Origin: a virus
Taxonomy: Duplodnaviria; Caudoviricetes
Length of the DNA: 57,369 nt
Strand: one strand, 5' to 3'
Virus record (IMG/VR): IMGVR_UViG_3300010354_000105
Coordinates: 1-57,369 of that record
The notes beneath the pieces were generated by a model. The model was given only the letters and a program-made list of their open reading frames with translations, was not told where the DNA came from and searched no databases. Positions within the stretch are counted from its first letter, which is position 1, and each line of letters begins with the position of its first letter. Positions 17,302 to 26,633 of the stretch are shown in pieces. A program made the translations under genes and the position numbers.

Positions 17302-18714
17302 TTATCTAAAGGTAACCGTACCGCTTGAGAATATAGTGTATACATTGTATGTACCGTCGGACGAACTGCTAGCCGACGCTCCACCGCCAAATGTAGCCGA
17401 AAACGCCACAGGAATTCTTAGAATCGCTATACCCGATCCGCCATTGCCTCCGATATTATTGGTATCTAATGTGGCCCAGCTGGCACCACCGCCACCACCA
17501 CCACCGCTATTACCTGATCCCGAATTACCAGCCCTTGAACCATTGAGATTGTACCCACCACTGGCTCCACCTCCGCTGCCACCGGATCTTCTTCCCCCAG
17601 TAGCATACCATCCGGCGCCACCACCTCCGGCATAGGTGCCACCATTAAGAGTAGATGTTTTTCCTGGACCTCCATCCATTACACAGGCGCTGTAGATGCT
17701 GCCTGTGTTCATTGCTGCATTTGGTGGGCTGCCACCAGCTCCACCGCCGCCTCCAGCGCCAGTGGCAGTGTTTCCTGGAGTAGGATAAGCACCACCTTGG
17801 AATCCTTGACCCGAAGTTCCTGCACCGCCGCCGATTAAGGTGGCTTGGTTCCAGGCACCGCCGCCTGATCCACCGCTGTTGCCTGCAGATGAATTGGTGT
17901 TGCCGCCGGCGCCACCACCGACAGCACTATGGGTGTCAAAAACAGTGTTTGATCCATTGGTGCCTTTATTGGATCCGCCGGTGCCACCACCTCCAATGGT
18001 AATAGTGTATGCACTTAAAGTAGTCTTGGTTGCTGAACCCGACAAGAATCCGCCAGCCCCACCGCCACCGCCGTAATTATTGGCACTGGGCGACCCACCG
18101 GCCCCGGCACCGCCACCAGCAATTAGATTGTACTCAACAGTTAAACTCTGTGGTAATGGCGAAGGGGTCGGAGTCGGTGGTGGACTACCCGAAGGTGTAG
18201 GTGTTGGAGTAGGCGTCGGTGTCGGCGTGATACTTGGAGTCGGCGTTGGTGTCGGCGTGATACTTGGAGTAGGTGTTGGACTTGGTGTAATACTTGGTGT
18301 TGGTGTTGGTGTTGGTATGACACTCGTACTGGTATCATTGATGATCACATTAGAACTAGTGGCAACGATATTGCCAGCGGTACTGTCTGTTCTAATTTCT
18401 AACCTAAACACCTCAGGTCCTTCGGTCGCGCCGGGACTAGCATCAGCAGCAATGTATGTAGTGACCGTTCCTTGACCGTGAGTTATTGCGAAACTGCCGC
18501 TGTTAACATTGCCGGTAAAATCAGAAGCCGACACATTACCAGTCACAGTCCAGTACAACGTAGTACCCGAAGTCACATTCAATGTGGTAATAAAAAAACT
18601 TATATTCTCGCCTTCGTTGATTGTTGATTGTGCCGGAGTAACAGAATATCTAACTGAGGGTTTTTTAAATTTTCTCGCCAGTGGTTGTTTAACTAAACTA
18701 TTCAGCCTAGGCAT
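17302..18714 (-). CDS. Adhesin-like protein: Calx-beta/Ig-like domain, Pro-Thr linker and one Gly-rich module
   Basis: The INEGE...TLYWT..G..SASDF...EGPE.F.LEIRT.S domain is shared with the repeats of 31648-39564. It is followed by a (PT)n linker and a Gly-rich C-terminal module. Confidence 0.75.
   Translation of the reverse strand: MPRLNSLVKQPLARKFKKPSVRYSVTPAQSTINEGENISFFITTLNVTSGTTLYWTVTGNVSASDFTGNVNSGSFAITHGQGTVTTYIAADASPGATEGPEVFRLEIRTDSTAGNIVATSSNVIINDTSTSVIPTPTPTPSITPSPTPTPSITPTPTPTPSITPTPTPTPTPTPSGSPPPTPTPSPLPQSLTVEYNLIAGGGAGAGGSPSANNYGGGGGAGGFLSGSATKTTLSAYTITIGGGGTGGSNKGTNGSNTVFDTHSAVGGGAGGNTNSSAGNSGGSGGGAWNQATLIGGGAGTSGQGFQGGAYPTPGNTATGAGGGGGAGGSPPNAAMNTGSIYSACVMDGGPGKTSTLNGGTYAGGGGAGWYATGGRRSGGSGGGASGGYNLNGSRAGNSGSGNSGGGGGGGASWATLDTNNIGGNGGSGIAILRIPVAFSATFGGGASASSSSDGTYNVYTIFSSGTVTFR
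18160..18316 (-). repeat. Pro-Thr linker with three imperfect 30-nt tandem units (18211-18300)
   Basis: ggtgtcggcgtgatacttggagt recurs with a 30-nt period and encodes [10 protein letters not shown]. Confidence 0.85.
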
Positions 18715-18716
18715 GA

Positions 18717-19325
18717 TTATCCGTATGTACTAAAACTACCCATTACACGCCAACTTGAACTTGATCTTATTAGACTAAACGAAAAAACTTCTGTTTTGTT
18801 GGCATTTGGTGTAGGTACAGCATTATCATTCCATAACACAGTTTGTAATACACCATCAATTTGAACACTATTAGGGTAATAGGGTATAGATCCTTGATAA
18901 AGAATAAGTGTAAATGTAATTACATTGTTATTAGTTGTAGGAACATTGGTAAAATTAGCAGTAAAGTTTGCAGCAACTCCAGTGTGCAACCATAGACCAC
19001 CCAAGGTATAATCATGTGCCACTGTGCCGGTACTACCTGTTAATACGTTCATACTTTCAATGGCTATATTGGCGCCAGGGCCTGTGGCGCCTGTGGAACC
19101 CGTTACGCCTGTGGCACCTGTGGCTCCGCCAGGACTGCCCTGAGGGCCTGTAGCACCTGTGGCTCCATTTGTTCCATTGCTCCCAGATGCGCCAGTGGCT
19201 CCAGTCAAACCTGTGGCACCTTGCGCCACAGATGCGTTCCATTTAACGCCATCCCAGGTGTATATAATATTGCCAACATTGACCGTGGCGTTAATTGAAG
19301 GATTATTAGGAAAATTTAATGGCAT
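18717..19325 (-). CDS. Short collagen-like fibre/adaptor protein, paralog of 16620-17267
   Basis: MPLNFPNNP...YTWDGVKW, then (GAT)n, then the shared C-terminal domain. Confidence 0.75.
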   Translation of the reverse strand: MPLNFPNNPSINATVNVGNIIYTWDGVKWNASVAQGATGLTGATGASGSNGTNGATGATGPQGSPGGATGATGVTGSTGATGPGANIAIESMNVLTGSTGTVAHDYTLGGLWLHTGVAANFTANFTNVPTTNNNVITFTLILYQGSIPYYPNSVQIDGVLQTVLWNDNAVPTPNANKTEVFSFSLIRSSSSWRVMGSFSTYG

Positions 19326-19345
19326 ACTTTGACCTTGTTCAATTC

Positions 19346-19352
19346 TATTTAT
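19346..19352 (-). promoter_or_regulatory. Late promoter box (ATAAATA)
   Basis: tatttat upstream of ATG 19325. Confidence 0.65.
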
Positions 19353-21016
19353 TAACCAAATCTGCGTATTTTTTGTCTTGGAAATGTTCTTCCTGCTGCG
19401 GGCCTAACAAAGTGATCGCGCCTTGGATATACCTGATTGGTTCTATTTCCTTCACTTTTGTAGGCGGCGTATAAATTAGGTCCGTTATATAGTGTGTTAT
19501 AACTCAAATATGAACTAGAACCATATGTTGTACTAAAAGCAGAATTACTCAGTGAGTTAGAAGTGGCCGAACTTTGTATGTACTGCAAAGCCTGCGCTGC
19601 TGTCATGTTAGGGTAGTTTTCTAGTGCGCAAGCAATTAAGCCTGTTACTTGCGGCGACGCCTGACTAGTTCCAGACATTTTACCTTTATTAAAACCGGCA
19701 TTCCTGGGGTCGGCTACTCCACCAGTATAATATGCCCCCATGATATTGCTACCAGAAGCAAAAATGTCGGTGCGTGTACCAGCATTACTATAATCTGCTT
19801 TGCGCTCAACAACTGTAGAATCAATGGAACTAACACAGATCACACTGTTTGCTGCCGCCGGCGATGGACCCCGCATATAAAATAAACTTTGATATGTGCC
19901 CGACAAGTACTGCAAAGCATTATCATAATTGGTATTACCAAATCGTTCATTGTACATGTAAAAATTTCCAGCGGCGCCTACTAGAATAATACCGTCATTA
20001 ATTGCATCTGCCATGTCTGCGTCTATGCTAGCGTCCCTGGCCATGTACAACATATTAGATCCACTGGCTGCTACTAATCCAAAATTAGCACGATCTGTCA
20101 CTGTCCAACCGCCGCCGGGCTTGTTATAAGTAACGCCTTGATATATAACTCTATCGATACTACTCAACGCTATACTTCCTTGCAATCCCCAACTCATGTT
20201 GCATATGGTAGGGTTCTTACGCCCAGTTGCAGGATTAATGGGTTTACCTTGATGCCATATTCTTACGTAATTCATAAGGTCGTATAGATAATTAACATAT
20301 CCTGAGGAGTTATTAGTACTCGAACTATACGGTGTAATATTATAAATGTTTGCTCCGCGGGCCCAACCACAGGTATTTCCTGCTGCAATGGCTGCTACAT
20401 TATTTCCGTGATTATTGTCAGCGTCTGCTCCAGTGATAAAATCGTAAACATAAGTTCCGGCAGCAACGCCACGCACTTCGTTGTTGTATTGAAACCAATT
20501 AAATTGATTCAAGCGTGTGCCACCGGTGCCATCTGCATTAACTGCCCATTCTGGGTGCCCGGATACCAAATGCCCGTCGATGATGACTACATCAACATTT
20601 CTTCCGATGTTGGTTAAATCAATGGTGCCTGTAACTGCTGCTGTATTATCACTGCCCCAATTTGCTCTAGTGGCACGTTCATAACCTCTTAGCAATCCCC
20701 AATTAACGTCAGCGGCATTATTAGTACTGGATTTATCCCAATTCGAACTGGTTTGTAGTACACAAGGTCTAATTTCCAAACCGCGATCAACATAGTGCAA
20801 ATCAACGGCTTCTACACGCGAGTCCTGAGCAACCTGCGCTGCTTCATCATCGGTTAAAAAATAATGCGTGCCACGACTCATCGGTCTTCTATAAGCACAT
20901 TCAATTTGCCGAAACGGAATTTCAGCATCCCCATAGGTGCTTTCCATGTCGTCGTAAAATTGATCTAGGTCGGCACCAGGTTTTAGAGTAATTATATACT
21001 CGCGTTCTTCGGCCAT
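19352..21016 (-). CDS. Subtilisin-like serine protease (family S8) with an N-terminal prodomain
   Basis: Catalytic Asp in VVIIDG, His in NHGNNVA, oxyanion Asn in AAGN and Ser in GTSQASP, in the subtilisin order. Confidence 0.9.
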   Translation of the reverse strand: MAEEREYIITLKPGADLDQFYDDMESTYGDAEIPFRQIECAYRRPMSRGTHYFLTDDEAAQVAQDSRVEAVDLHYVDRGLEIRPCVLQTSSNWDKSSTNNAADVNWGLLRGYERATRANWGSDNTAAVTGTIDLTNIGRNVDVVIIDGHLVSGHPEWAVNADGTGGTRLNQFNWFQYNNEVRGVAAGTYVYDFITGADADNNHGNNVAAIAAGNTCGWARGANIYNITPYSSSTNNSSGYVNYLYDLMNYVRIWHQGKPINPATGRKNPTICNMSWGLQGSIALSSIDRVIYQGVTYNKPGGGWTVTDRANFGLVAASGSNMLYMARDASIDADMADAINDGIILVGAAGNFYMYNERFGNTNYDNALQYLSGTYQSLFYMRGPSPAAANSVICVSSIDSTVVERKADYSNAGTRTDIFASGSNIMGAYYTGGVADPRNAGFNKGKMSGTSQASPQVTGLIACALENYPNMTAAQALQYIQSSATSNSLSNSAFSTTYGSSSYLSYNTLYNGPNLYAAYKSEGNRTNQVYPRRDHFVRPAAGRTFPRQKIRRFG

Positions 21017-21017
21017 G

Positions 21018-22217
21018 TTAGAGCTCCGTTCTAACTATGGTTACATTTACTGTGATTGTGTTTGCACTGACGCCAGTATTTGTGACGTAAATTGGTATTT
21101 GATTGGTCACTGGGTTTTCGTCGTTGAATCCCAGTACCGCAGGTGATAACGTTACAGTTTGATTAACTGTGGTAGTTATAACTTCGGCAATAATACCAAC
21201 ATCTGGAGATGGATCAACGCCTTGCGATCTAGTTAAATCAAGAGCGCGGGCCGCAATATTTGTATACAACCTTACCCAGGCTGGATTACTTACTTGTATT
21301 TTATATAGATTATAACCAGTGAACCCAGTTATAGAAGCATTAGCATTGGCTCCAGCGGCTAAATTAGTCACTGTAACACTGGCATTACTTCTGCTGACTA
21401 AACCAGTGGCGCCGGTTGCACCAATTGACCCCGAAGTCCCGGTTGCACCAGTGGCTCCGCCTGGACTACCTGTAGGACCAGTTGCACCAGTGGCTCCCGA
21501 AATTCCCGATACACCACTGGCACCAGTTGCACCAACAGGTCCGGCTGGTCCTAAACTAGCTGTAATCCACTGGCCGCTGTCGGAGTCAACATAATAAAAA
21601 TAAAGTGATCCAACATTGCTAGCCCACCATAGCGTTCCGCTAGATGGACTTGACGGCGGATCATCGCTTACAGCGATCGTAAGAATCGGTCCTGTGGCAC
21701 CAGCAGGCCCTGTTGATCCTGTTGCTCCTATTCCTGTTGCTCCTGTCGCACCAACACCAGTGGCTCCTGTTAATCCAGTGGCACCAGTGGCTCCGCCAGG
21801 ACTACCAGGACTTCCAGATGGGCCTGTTGCACCAGTGGCTCCCCCGGGATTACCTTGTGGTCCAGTGGCCCCTTGTACGCCAGTTGCACCAGTGGCTCCG
21901 CCTGGGCTACCAATATTACCTTGAATGCCTTGGGCACCAGTTGCACCTTGTGTTCCGCCCCCTAGTTCAACCCATTGACTGCTGGTATTGTCATTAACGT
22001 AGACATATTGTTTACCAGAATCTGAATCTATCCAAATGTTAACTCGATCAGGATTAGCAACGGTGGCCGGTGGAATTTCGCTTACTACAACAACACCCCC
22101 AGCAGTTGATCCAACACTGCTGGTCCTAGACCAAGCGTCTTTGGCACTGTTATAGGTATATAATGTACCGTTAACAGTTACTTGTTGACCATTAGTTGGA
22201 TTTGACGGAAAAGGCAT
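21018..22217 (-). CDS. Collagen-like fibre protein
   Basis: Long G-A-T/G-x-y runs separated by Trp-containing knobs ([24 protein letters not shown]); N-terminal FPSNP..G motif. Confidence 0.85.
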   Translation of the reverse strand: MPFPSNPTNGQQVTVNGTLYTYNSAKDAWSRTSSVGSTAGGVVVVSEIPPATVANPDRVNIWIDSDSGKQYVYVNDNTSSQWVELGGGTQGATGAQGIQGNIGSPGGATGATGVQGATGPQGNPGGATGATGPSGSPGSPGGATGATGLTGATGVGATGATGIGATGSTGPAGATGPILTIAVSDDPPSSPSSGTLWWASNVGSLYFYYVDSDSGQWITASLGPAGPVGATGASGVSGISGATGATGPTGSPGGATGATGTSGSIGATGATGLVSRSNASVTVTNLAAGANANASITGFTGYNLYKIQVSNPAWVRLYTNIAARALDLTRSQGVDPSPDVGIIAEVITTTVNQTVTLSPAVLGFNDENPVTNQIPIYVTNTGVSANTITVNVTIVRTEL

Positions 22218-22242
22218 ATGAAAATCTCACAATCGTATGCTA

Positions 22243-22250
22243 TATTTATA
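22243..22250 (-). promoter_or_regulatory. T4 late promoter consensus TATAAATA
   Basis: Plus strand reads tatttata, upstream of ATG 22217. Confidence 0.8.
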
Positions 22251-22274
22251 CTTTATTCTGCTAGTCAAGTGCTC

Positions 22275-22303
22275 AAAAAAACTGCCCTTTACGGGCAGTT
22301 TTT
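22275..22303. terminator. Intrinsic terminator
   Basis: aaaaactgccc-tttac-gggcagttttt. Confidence 0.85.
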
Positions 22304-22304
22304 G

Positions 22305-22694
22305 TTATTCGGTGGGAACAGGTGGTGGCGGTGCTTCTTGCCAATTTAGTGTAGATTCGTCCCAGAAATAAATTTTCATAGGATCACCGGTGCCTGCATC
22401 CGATGGCATCGGAACCGGTGCTTCCCATAAACACGAGTCGTTGTTTAAAACCCAACTTGGATACGGCTTCGGTGGTACAAAAGCATCTAATTGTCTGTTA
22501 TAGGTATAACCAATGCCAGCATAATTTTTACGCAATGGGGTTCCGCCCAGTCTATGCACGCCACCTATAGTATTGTAACTGGTTTGTATCCAACGACTAG
22601 GATCTCCCACAGCACCAGTGTTAATAAAATCTTGTTCGGCCACAATAACTTGTACTACTACATCATTTTCATCTATCTGTGCAAAATGTCCCAT
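22305..22694 (-). CDS. Small Trp/Pro-rich protein, possibly a fibre assembly chaperone; paralog of 22705-23073
   Basis: HFAQIDENDVV, WIQTSYNT.GG.H..GGTPLRKNYAGIGYTY...DAF.PPKPYPSW...W.APVP; AGGAG RBS. Confidence 0.7.
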   Translation of the reverse strand: MGHFAQIDENDVVVQVIVAEQDFINTGAVGDPSRWIQTSYNTIGGVHRLGGTPLRKNYAGIGYTYNRQLDAFVPPKPYPSWVLNNDSCLWEAPVPMPSDAGTGDPMKIYFWDESTLNWQEAPPPPVPTE

Positions 22695-22704
22695 GTTTTT
22701 CTCC

Positions 22705-23073
22705 TTAAATTGACAGATTATCGCCTTGAGGAGGCAATGTTATCGAGTCCCATTGTTGTCTAGTTTCGTTCCATACATAATTACCGCCATCATTGGGATA
22801 AGGCACTGGTGCTACCCATTGGCCTGTATCGGGATCAACCACCCAACTTGGTGTAGTTTTTGGCGGAATAAATGCATCAAGAATTTCGTCATACGTGTAA
22901 CCAAGTTGGGCGAAATTTTTCCTTAAAGGAATACCATCAAATCGATGTTGACCGCCAATTGTGTCAGGATCTGTTTCAATCCACCGATCACTTTGTGTAG
23001 CCACCCATTCAGCATCACCGCCGCGAATGTCAATAACTATATTATTTTCATCAACTAAAGCATAAACAGCCAT
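22705..23073 (-). CDS. Small Trp/Pro-rich protein, paralog of 22305-22694
   Basis: YALVDENNIV, WIET..TIGG.H..G.PLRKNFA..GYTYD..LDAFIPPK..PSW; GGAGG RBS; ATAAATA at 23094-23100. Confidence 0.7.
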   Translation of the reverse strand: MAVYALVDENNIVIDIRGGDAEWVATQSDRWIETDPDTIGGQHRFDGIPLRKNFAQLGYTYDEILDAFIPPKTTPSWVVDPDTGQWVAPVPYPNDGGNYVWNETRQQWDSITLPPQGDNLSI

Positions 23074-23121
23074 AGAGAACCTCCGAGATCATGTATTTAT
23101 TGTAAATAAAGACACAAAAGA

Positions 23122-23150
23122 AAATGTGCCGCAATAATTGCGGCACATTT
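23122..23150. terminator. Hairpin, probable terminator after the 1049-aa gene
   Basis: aaatgtgccgcaat-a-attgcggcacattt inverted repeat, followed by TCTTTT on the minus strand. Confidence 0.75.
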
Positions 23151-23165
23151 ATTGTAAAAGCAAAA

Positions 23166-26100
23166 TTATGCTTGTGCTTCGGTCCAGTTTAATCGTGCTG
23201 CAACCGCGGCATTGACTGCCAGTGGCGTAACGCACAAAGTGATCATGTCAGGGCCGTCGGGGTATTTGTTAAGATCATTTACTGTATTAGTAAACGATAA
23301 CCCGCCGCCCATGATGCTGTTACCTAAGTCACGTACCAAACTAAGATCTTGCGTACTTAACCCGCCTGACGGAGCAAAGAAGTTAAACACACTTTCGCCG
23401 CCTGCTATAGTACTGTTGGTACTGTGAACTGCATATTGTGCTAAACTTGAACCACCAACTGGTGTCCATGTACCAGGAGTACCTGTGACACGACCATTCA
23501 AAATAAACTCGCATCGAACAGCAGCAGTGGTAGCAAACACACCCACACCTCTTAGTGTCAACTGCATTCTGTTGACGATCTCTCTGCCGCCGAGTAAGCC
23601 AGTTAAACCTTGATCTACAGCAGGTGCAAGACGTACACTAAACACAGCATATCTTACGCCGGCTGTTGGAAAAGTTTGTTGTGTATTTTGTCCAAAGTTA
23701 AACACAAACGATTTATCATCGTCGTATCTACCGTCCATGATCACAGAACTTCCCCAGTGACCAATAGTAATACCGGCTTGTGGAGAATAAAGAGCCACTT
23801 GAATTGGTGCCAACGCACTATAAGTAAATGTGTTTGTGCTAGCACTGCCGCCTAAATTAACTAATTGTCCCGGACCGGTTAAGTTTTGCAAGGCACGAGT
23901 CAAACCGGTAAAAGTAGTTCCAGTTTTACCAGTATATCTGATGTATTCAATTGCTCCACCAAGAAAGGCCGATTGTTTTAAAATTAAAATACCAGCCGGC
24001 GGAAAATCTGCGGTGCTAGTAACATTGATGGTACTTGTTTCTGCTGCTGACACAGTTGCAGTTAATGTAGTAAACGGCCAATTGGTGTTTACTTCGTAAC
24101 GTGCAGGCATGTTTCCTGAGCGCATGTAAGCCTCAGTATTTCTACCGGCGTTGACAATTCGATGTGCGTACTTAACTTCCCCTCTTTGGTCTTTAATACC
24201 GAAACGAATTGCACCTGCACCATACCAACTATAATCAATATACCACATTTGCATTCTCAGTGGGTCTAGTGTGTAACCACTCACACCACTGCCGTCGAGT
24301 CGATCAATGTTAAACTGGCTCTGTGGAATTCTAGTGTTAATAGTTTTGCTCATGGTTACCTGAGCCGGGAATCCAATGTTAACTCCCCGATATTCAGGAT
24401 AAATTACCATTTGTGTATCATTGAGAATATTCTCAACTACATAACTCATGCCACGAATCACAACATAGTCGCCCGGAATTAGTTGTTTAGAGAACACCGA
24501 ATTGTTAGCAGTTACAATAGTATTTCCTGCATTTAATGTTGTAATTAATCCCGACAACTGCTGTGTGCTACTTCTTAACACAGCATACATTTGTTGTCCG
24601 TCATACTCCCAATAAAATCCATTTTGCATGTCGAACATACCAACACGCACACAAGCACCATACCAATTTTGTGCTTGAATACTAATAGGAAATCCTAATG
24701 AAGGACTAGTACTCGGAGCCGAATTTGCTGTATACTGTAATTGATTAAGCGTTGGGGTCGAAGTCACCGTAAAGGTACCATTGTAAGCCGAATCAGCAGC
24801 GCCCGAAACTCGAACGACTGTATTTGCACCTAGCTGATGGGGAATACGACAGTTAACACTAACTGTTGTACCTGTTGCAGTTAAATTGTCAACAAATATC
24901 GGAGGACTAAGATTTGACCCGGTACTAAACTGCATGCCTTTGCCAGACTGATAACGGAAATAACGACGTGTCTGACGTATTGTTTGGTTACCGTTGTAGG
25001 GGATACCAGCAGTAAAGTTTACACCGCCGTCCCAAGGTCTATGAATACTTGAACCGTATGTTCTTGGAAACAATGTGTTGCAACTAAATGCCATTGATGT
25101 TCCTACAGCACTAGCAGACGTATATCCAGTACCGCCATGGTATAATGACACCGCAGTAACCACACCGCCATTCTGCGCCATGATTTTACACCAAGCGTTT
25201 GAACCGCCGCCGGTGATTAGTACCACGTCCCCGGTTTGATATCCGGAACCAGCGGCATTAATTGCAATTTGACTAATAACACCACCGGCTAGCACTGTGG
25301 TGTTTAGTGTAAGCCCTGAACCCGGGGCCGTTAGACCAATAGTTCCAGTTGGAGCACTAATAACATCAAAAACAAATGTATTAGTTGTCGGTGTATTTCT
25401 AATAGTCCAAACACCATTGGGCGGGTTTGTTGTTGCTGTAGTACCAATAACAAATATACTGTTACCTGCAGAAAAACCATGAGGCTGTGCTGTTGTACAA
25501 GTAATAGCAGTTCCCGAATAGGTAAACGCAACACCAGCAGTGGCACTCAATGTAACGCCCGCTAAACTGAAATGGTTACCTACCCAAACGTAACTTTTAG
25601 TAACATCGTAGATCGATTGATTTAAAACGTTTTGAAGTGCATAGTAGGTAAAGTTACTGTTAGTTGTAACAGAAAAAGGCAAGAACCACCCATTGGCATT
25701 AGGATCAATGGTATCTTGAATATAGATAGGAGTGCTGGTTGTAATGCCGGTAGTGTTATTAATACTAACTGTGACTAACCTTGTACCGTTGCCAGCAATG
25801 TTAGTAATCTGATAGTTCCCTGAGGCATTAAAAAATGTACCTGCTGTGTTAATGTTGGTCAACGGACTAGCGTTATCAAAAAACGCACTGGGCCTATTAT
25901 TAACTAGAGTAATTGTTTCCCATTTTGTAGGTTGTGTCCCGTACTCAAAGTCTGTATCAATGAGAGCCTGCGGAGTGCTCATTCTAAATTTTTGCACCGG
26001 ATCCATCATTACTTCAGCCGGATACATTAATTCATTAACTTCGTCAACAATAATACTGAGTTTATCAGTATTGGCCATTGATGTTGTATTATAATTCAGT

Positions 26101-26315
26101 ACAATTGTTGTTGATTCAGCTAATGTAGTTGGATCTACAGTGGGTGTGTAGCTTGTTGCTGTTAAATTAGGATCAGCAAAATTATAAATTACTGTGTTTC
26201 TAGTTACATTAAGGATAAGAACTAGTGTTTCTCTGCGTATCATTTTACCATTGATCACAATGGTTCTTGTTGACGCAGTAAACGAATAGTTTTCCCCAAT
26301 TACTCTTTTGGCCAT
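23166..26315 (-). CDS. Large virion structural protein (baseplate/fibre-associated) with repeated small beta modules
   Basis: 1049 aa, Thr/Gly/Asn-rich. Repeated ..T...HG...G..(I/V).(V/I).G......NG.(W/F)T(I/V)..TPT modules lie between conserved-looking blocks (IDTDFEYGTQPTKWE, RQTRRYFRYQSGKG, HWGSSVIMDG). Confidence 0.6.
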   Translation of the reverse strand: MAKRVIGENYSFTASTRTIVINGKMIRRETLVLILNVTRNTVIYNFADPNLTATSYTPTVDPTTLAESTTIVLNYNTTSMANTDKLSIIVDEVNELMYPAEVMMDPVQKFRMSTPQALIDTDFEYGTQPTKWETITLVNNRPSAFFDNASPLTNINTAGTFFNASGNYQITNIAGNGTRLVTVSINNTTGITTSTPIYIQDTIDPNANGWFLPFSVTTNSNFTYYALQNVLNQSIYDVTKSYVWVGNHFSLAGVTLSATAGVAFTYSGTAITCTTAQPHGFSAGNSIFVIGTTATTNPPNGVWTIRNTPTTNTFVFDVISAPTGTIGLTAPGSGLTLNTTVLAGGVISQIAINAAGSGYQTGDVVLITGGGSNAWCKIMAQNGGVVTAVSLYHGGTGYTSASAVGTSMAFSCNTLFPRTYGSSIHRPWDGGVNFTAGIPYNGNQTIRQTRRYFRYQSGKGMQFSTGSNLSPPIFVDNLTATGTTVSVNCRIPHQLGANTVVRVSGAADSAYNGTFTVTSTPTLNQLQYTANSAPSTSPSLGFPISIQAQNWYGACVRVGMFDMQNGFYWEYDGQQMYAVLRSSTQQLSGLITTLNAGNTIVTANNSVFSKQLIPGDYVVIRGMSYVVENILNDTQMVIYPEYRGVNIGFPAQVTMSKTINTRIPQSQFNIDRLDGSGVSGYTLDPLRMQMWYIDYSWYGAGAIRFGIKDQRGEVKYAHRIVNAGRNTEAYMRSGNMPARYEVNTNWPFTTLTATVSAAETSTINVTSTADFPPAGILILKQSAFLGGAIEYIRYTGKTGTTFTGLTRALQNLTGPGQLVNLGGSASTNTFTYSALAPIQVALYSPQAGITIGHWGSSVIMDGRYDDDKSFVFNFGQNTQQTFPTAGVRYAVFSVRLAPAVDQGLTGLLGGREIVNRMQLTLRGVGVFATTAAVRCEFILNGRVTGTPGTWTPVGGSSLAQYAVHSTNSTIAGGESVFNFFAPSGGLSTQDLSLVRDLGNSIMGGGLSFTNTVNDLNKYPDGPDMITLCVTPLAVNAAVAARLNWTEAQA

Positions 26316-26342
26316 AATTAATTCCTATGTTTTTTGTTACTA

Positions 26343-26579
26343 TTATTCTTGGTTAGGGGCTGGCTCTATAGGTGTGCCCGGTACTGGATTTAACCAACTG
26401 ATGTCGTTTGTATCGATTTTGTGTTTAACAGCAAAAATAATTTTTCCCTGATAATTAACAACGTGCCCATCGTCGCCGGTTAGTCGGGCACAGCGCTCTA
26501 GTGCATCACTAAAACTCATATTCCCTACTTCATAAAAATGAAAATGGTCCGGGAAAATGTTGTTTAAATCGTTGTACAT
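26343..26579 (-). CDS. Hypothetical protein (78 aa)
   Basis: GGAGA RBS and tandem ATAAATA boxes at 26603-26616. Confidence 0.65.
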   Translation of the reverse strand: MYNDLNNIFPDHFHFYEVGNMSFSDALERCARLTGDDGHVVNYQGKIIFAVKHKIDTNDISWLNPVPGTPIEPAPNQE

Positions 26580-26633
26580 GTTGAATCTCCGTAATTTAAC
26601 GTTATTTATTATTTATGTTTTTTGCTTTATAAA

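Noticed and set aside
18160-21960. CRISPR-like or non-coding repeat arrays
   Set aside because: The repeats are in-frame coding repeats (Pro-Thr linker, collagen) without unique spacers.
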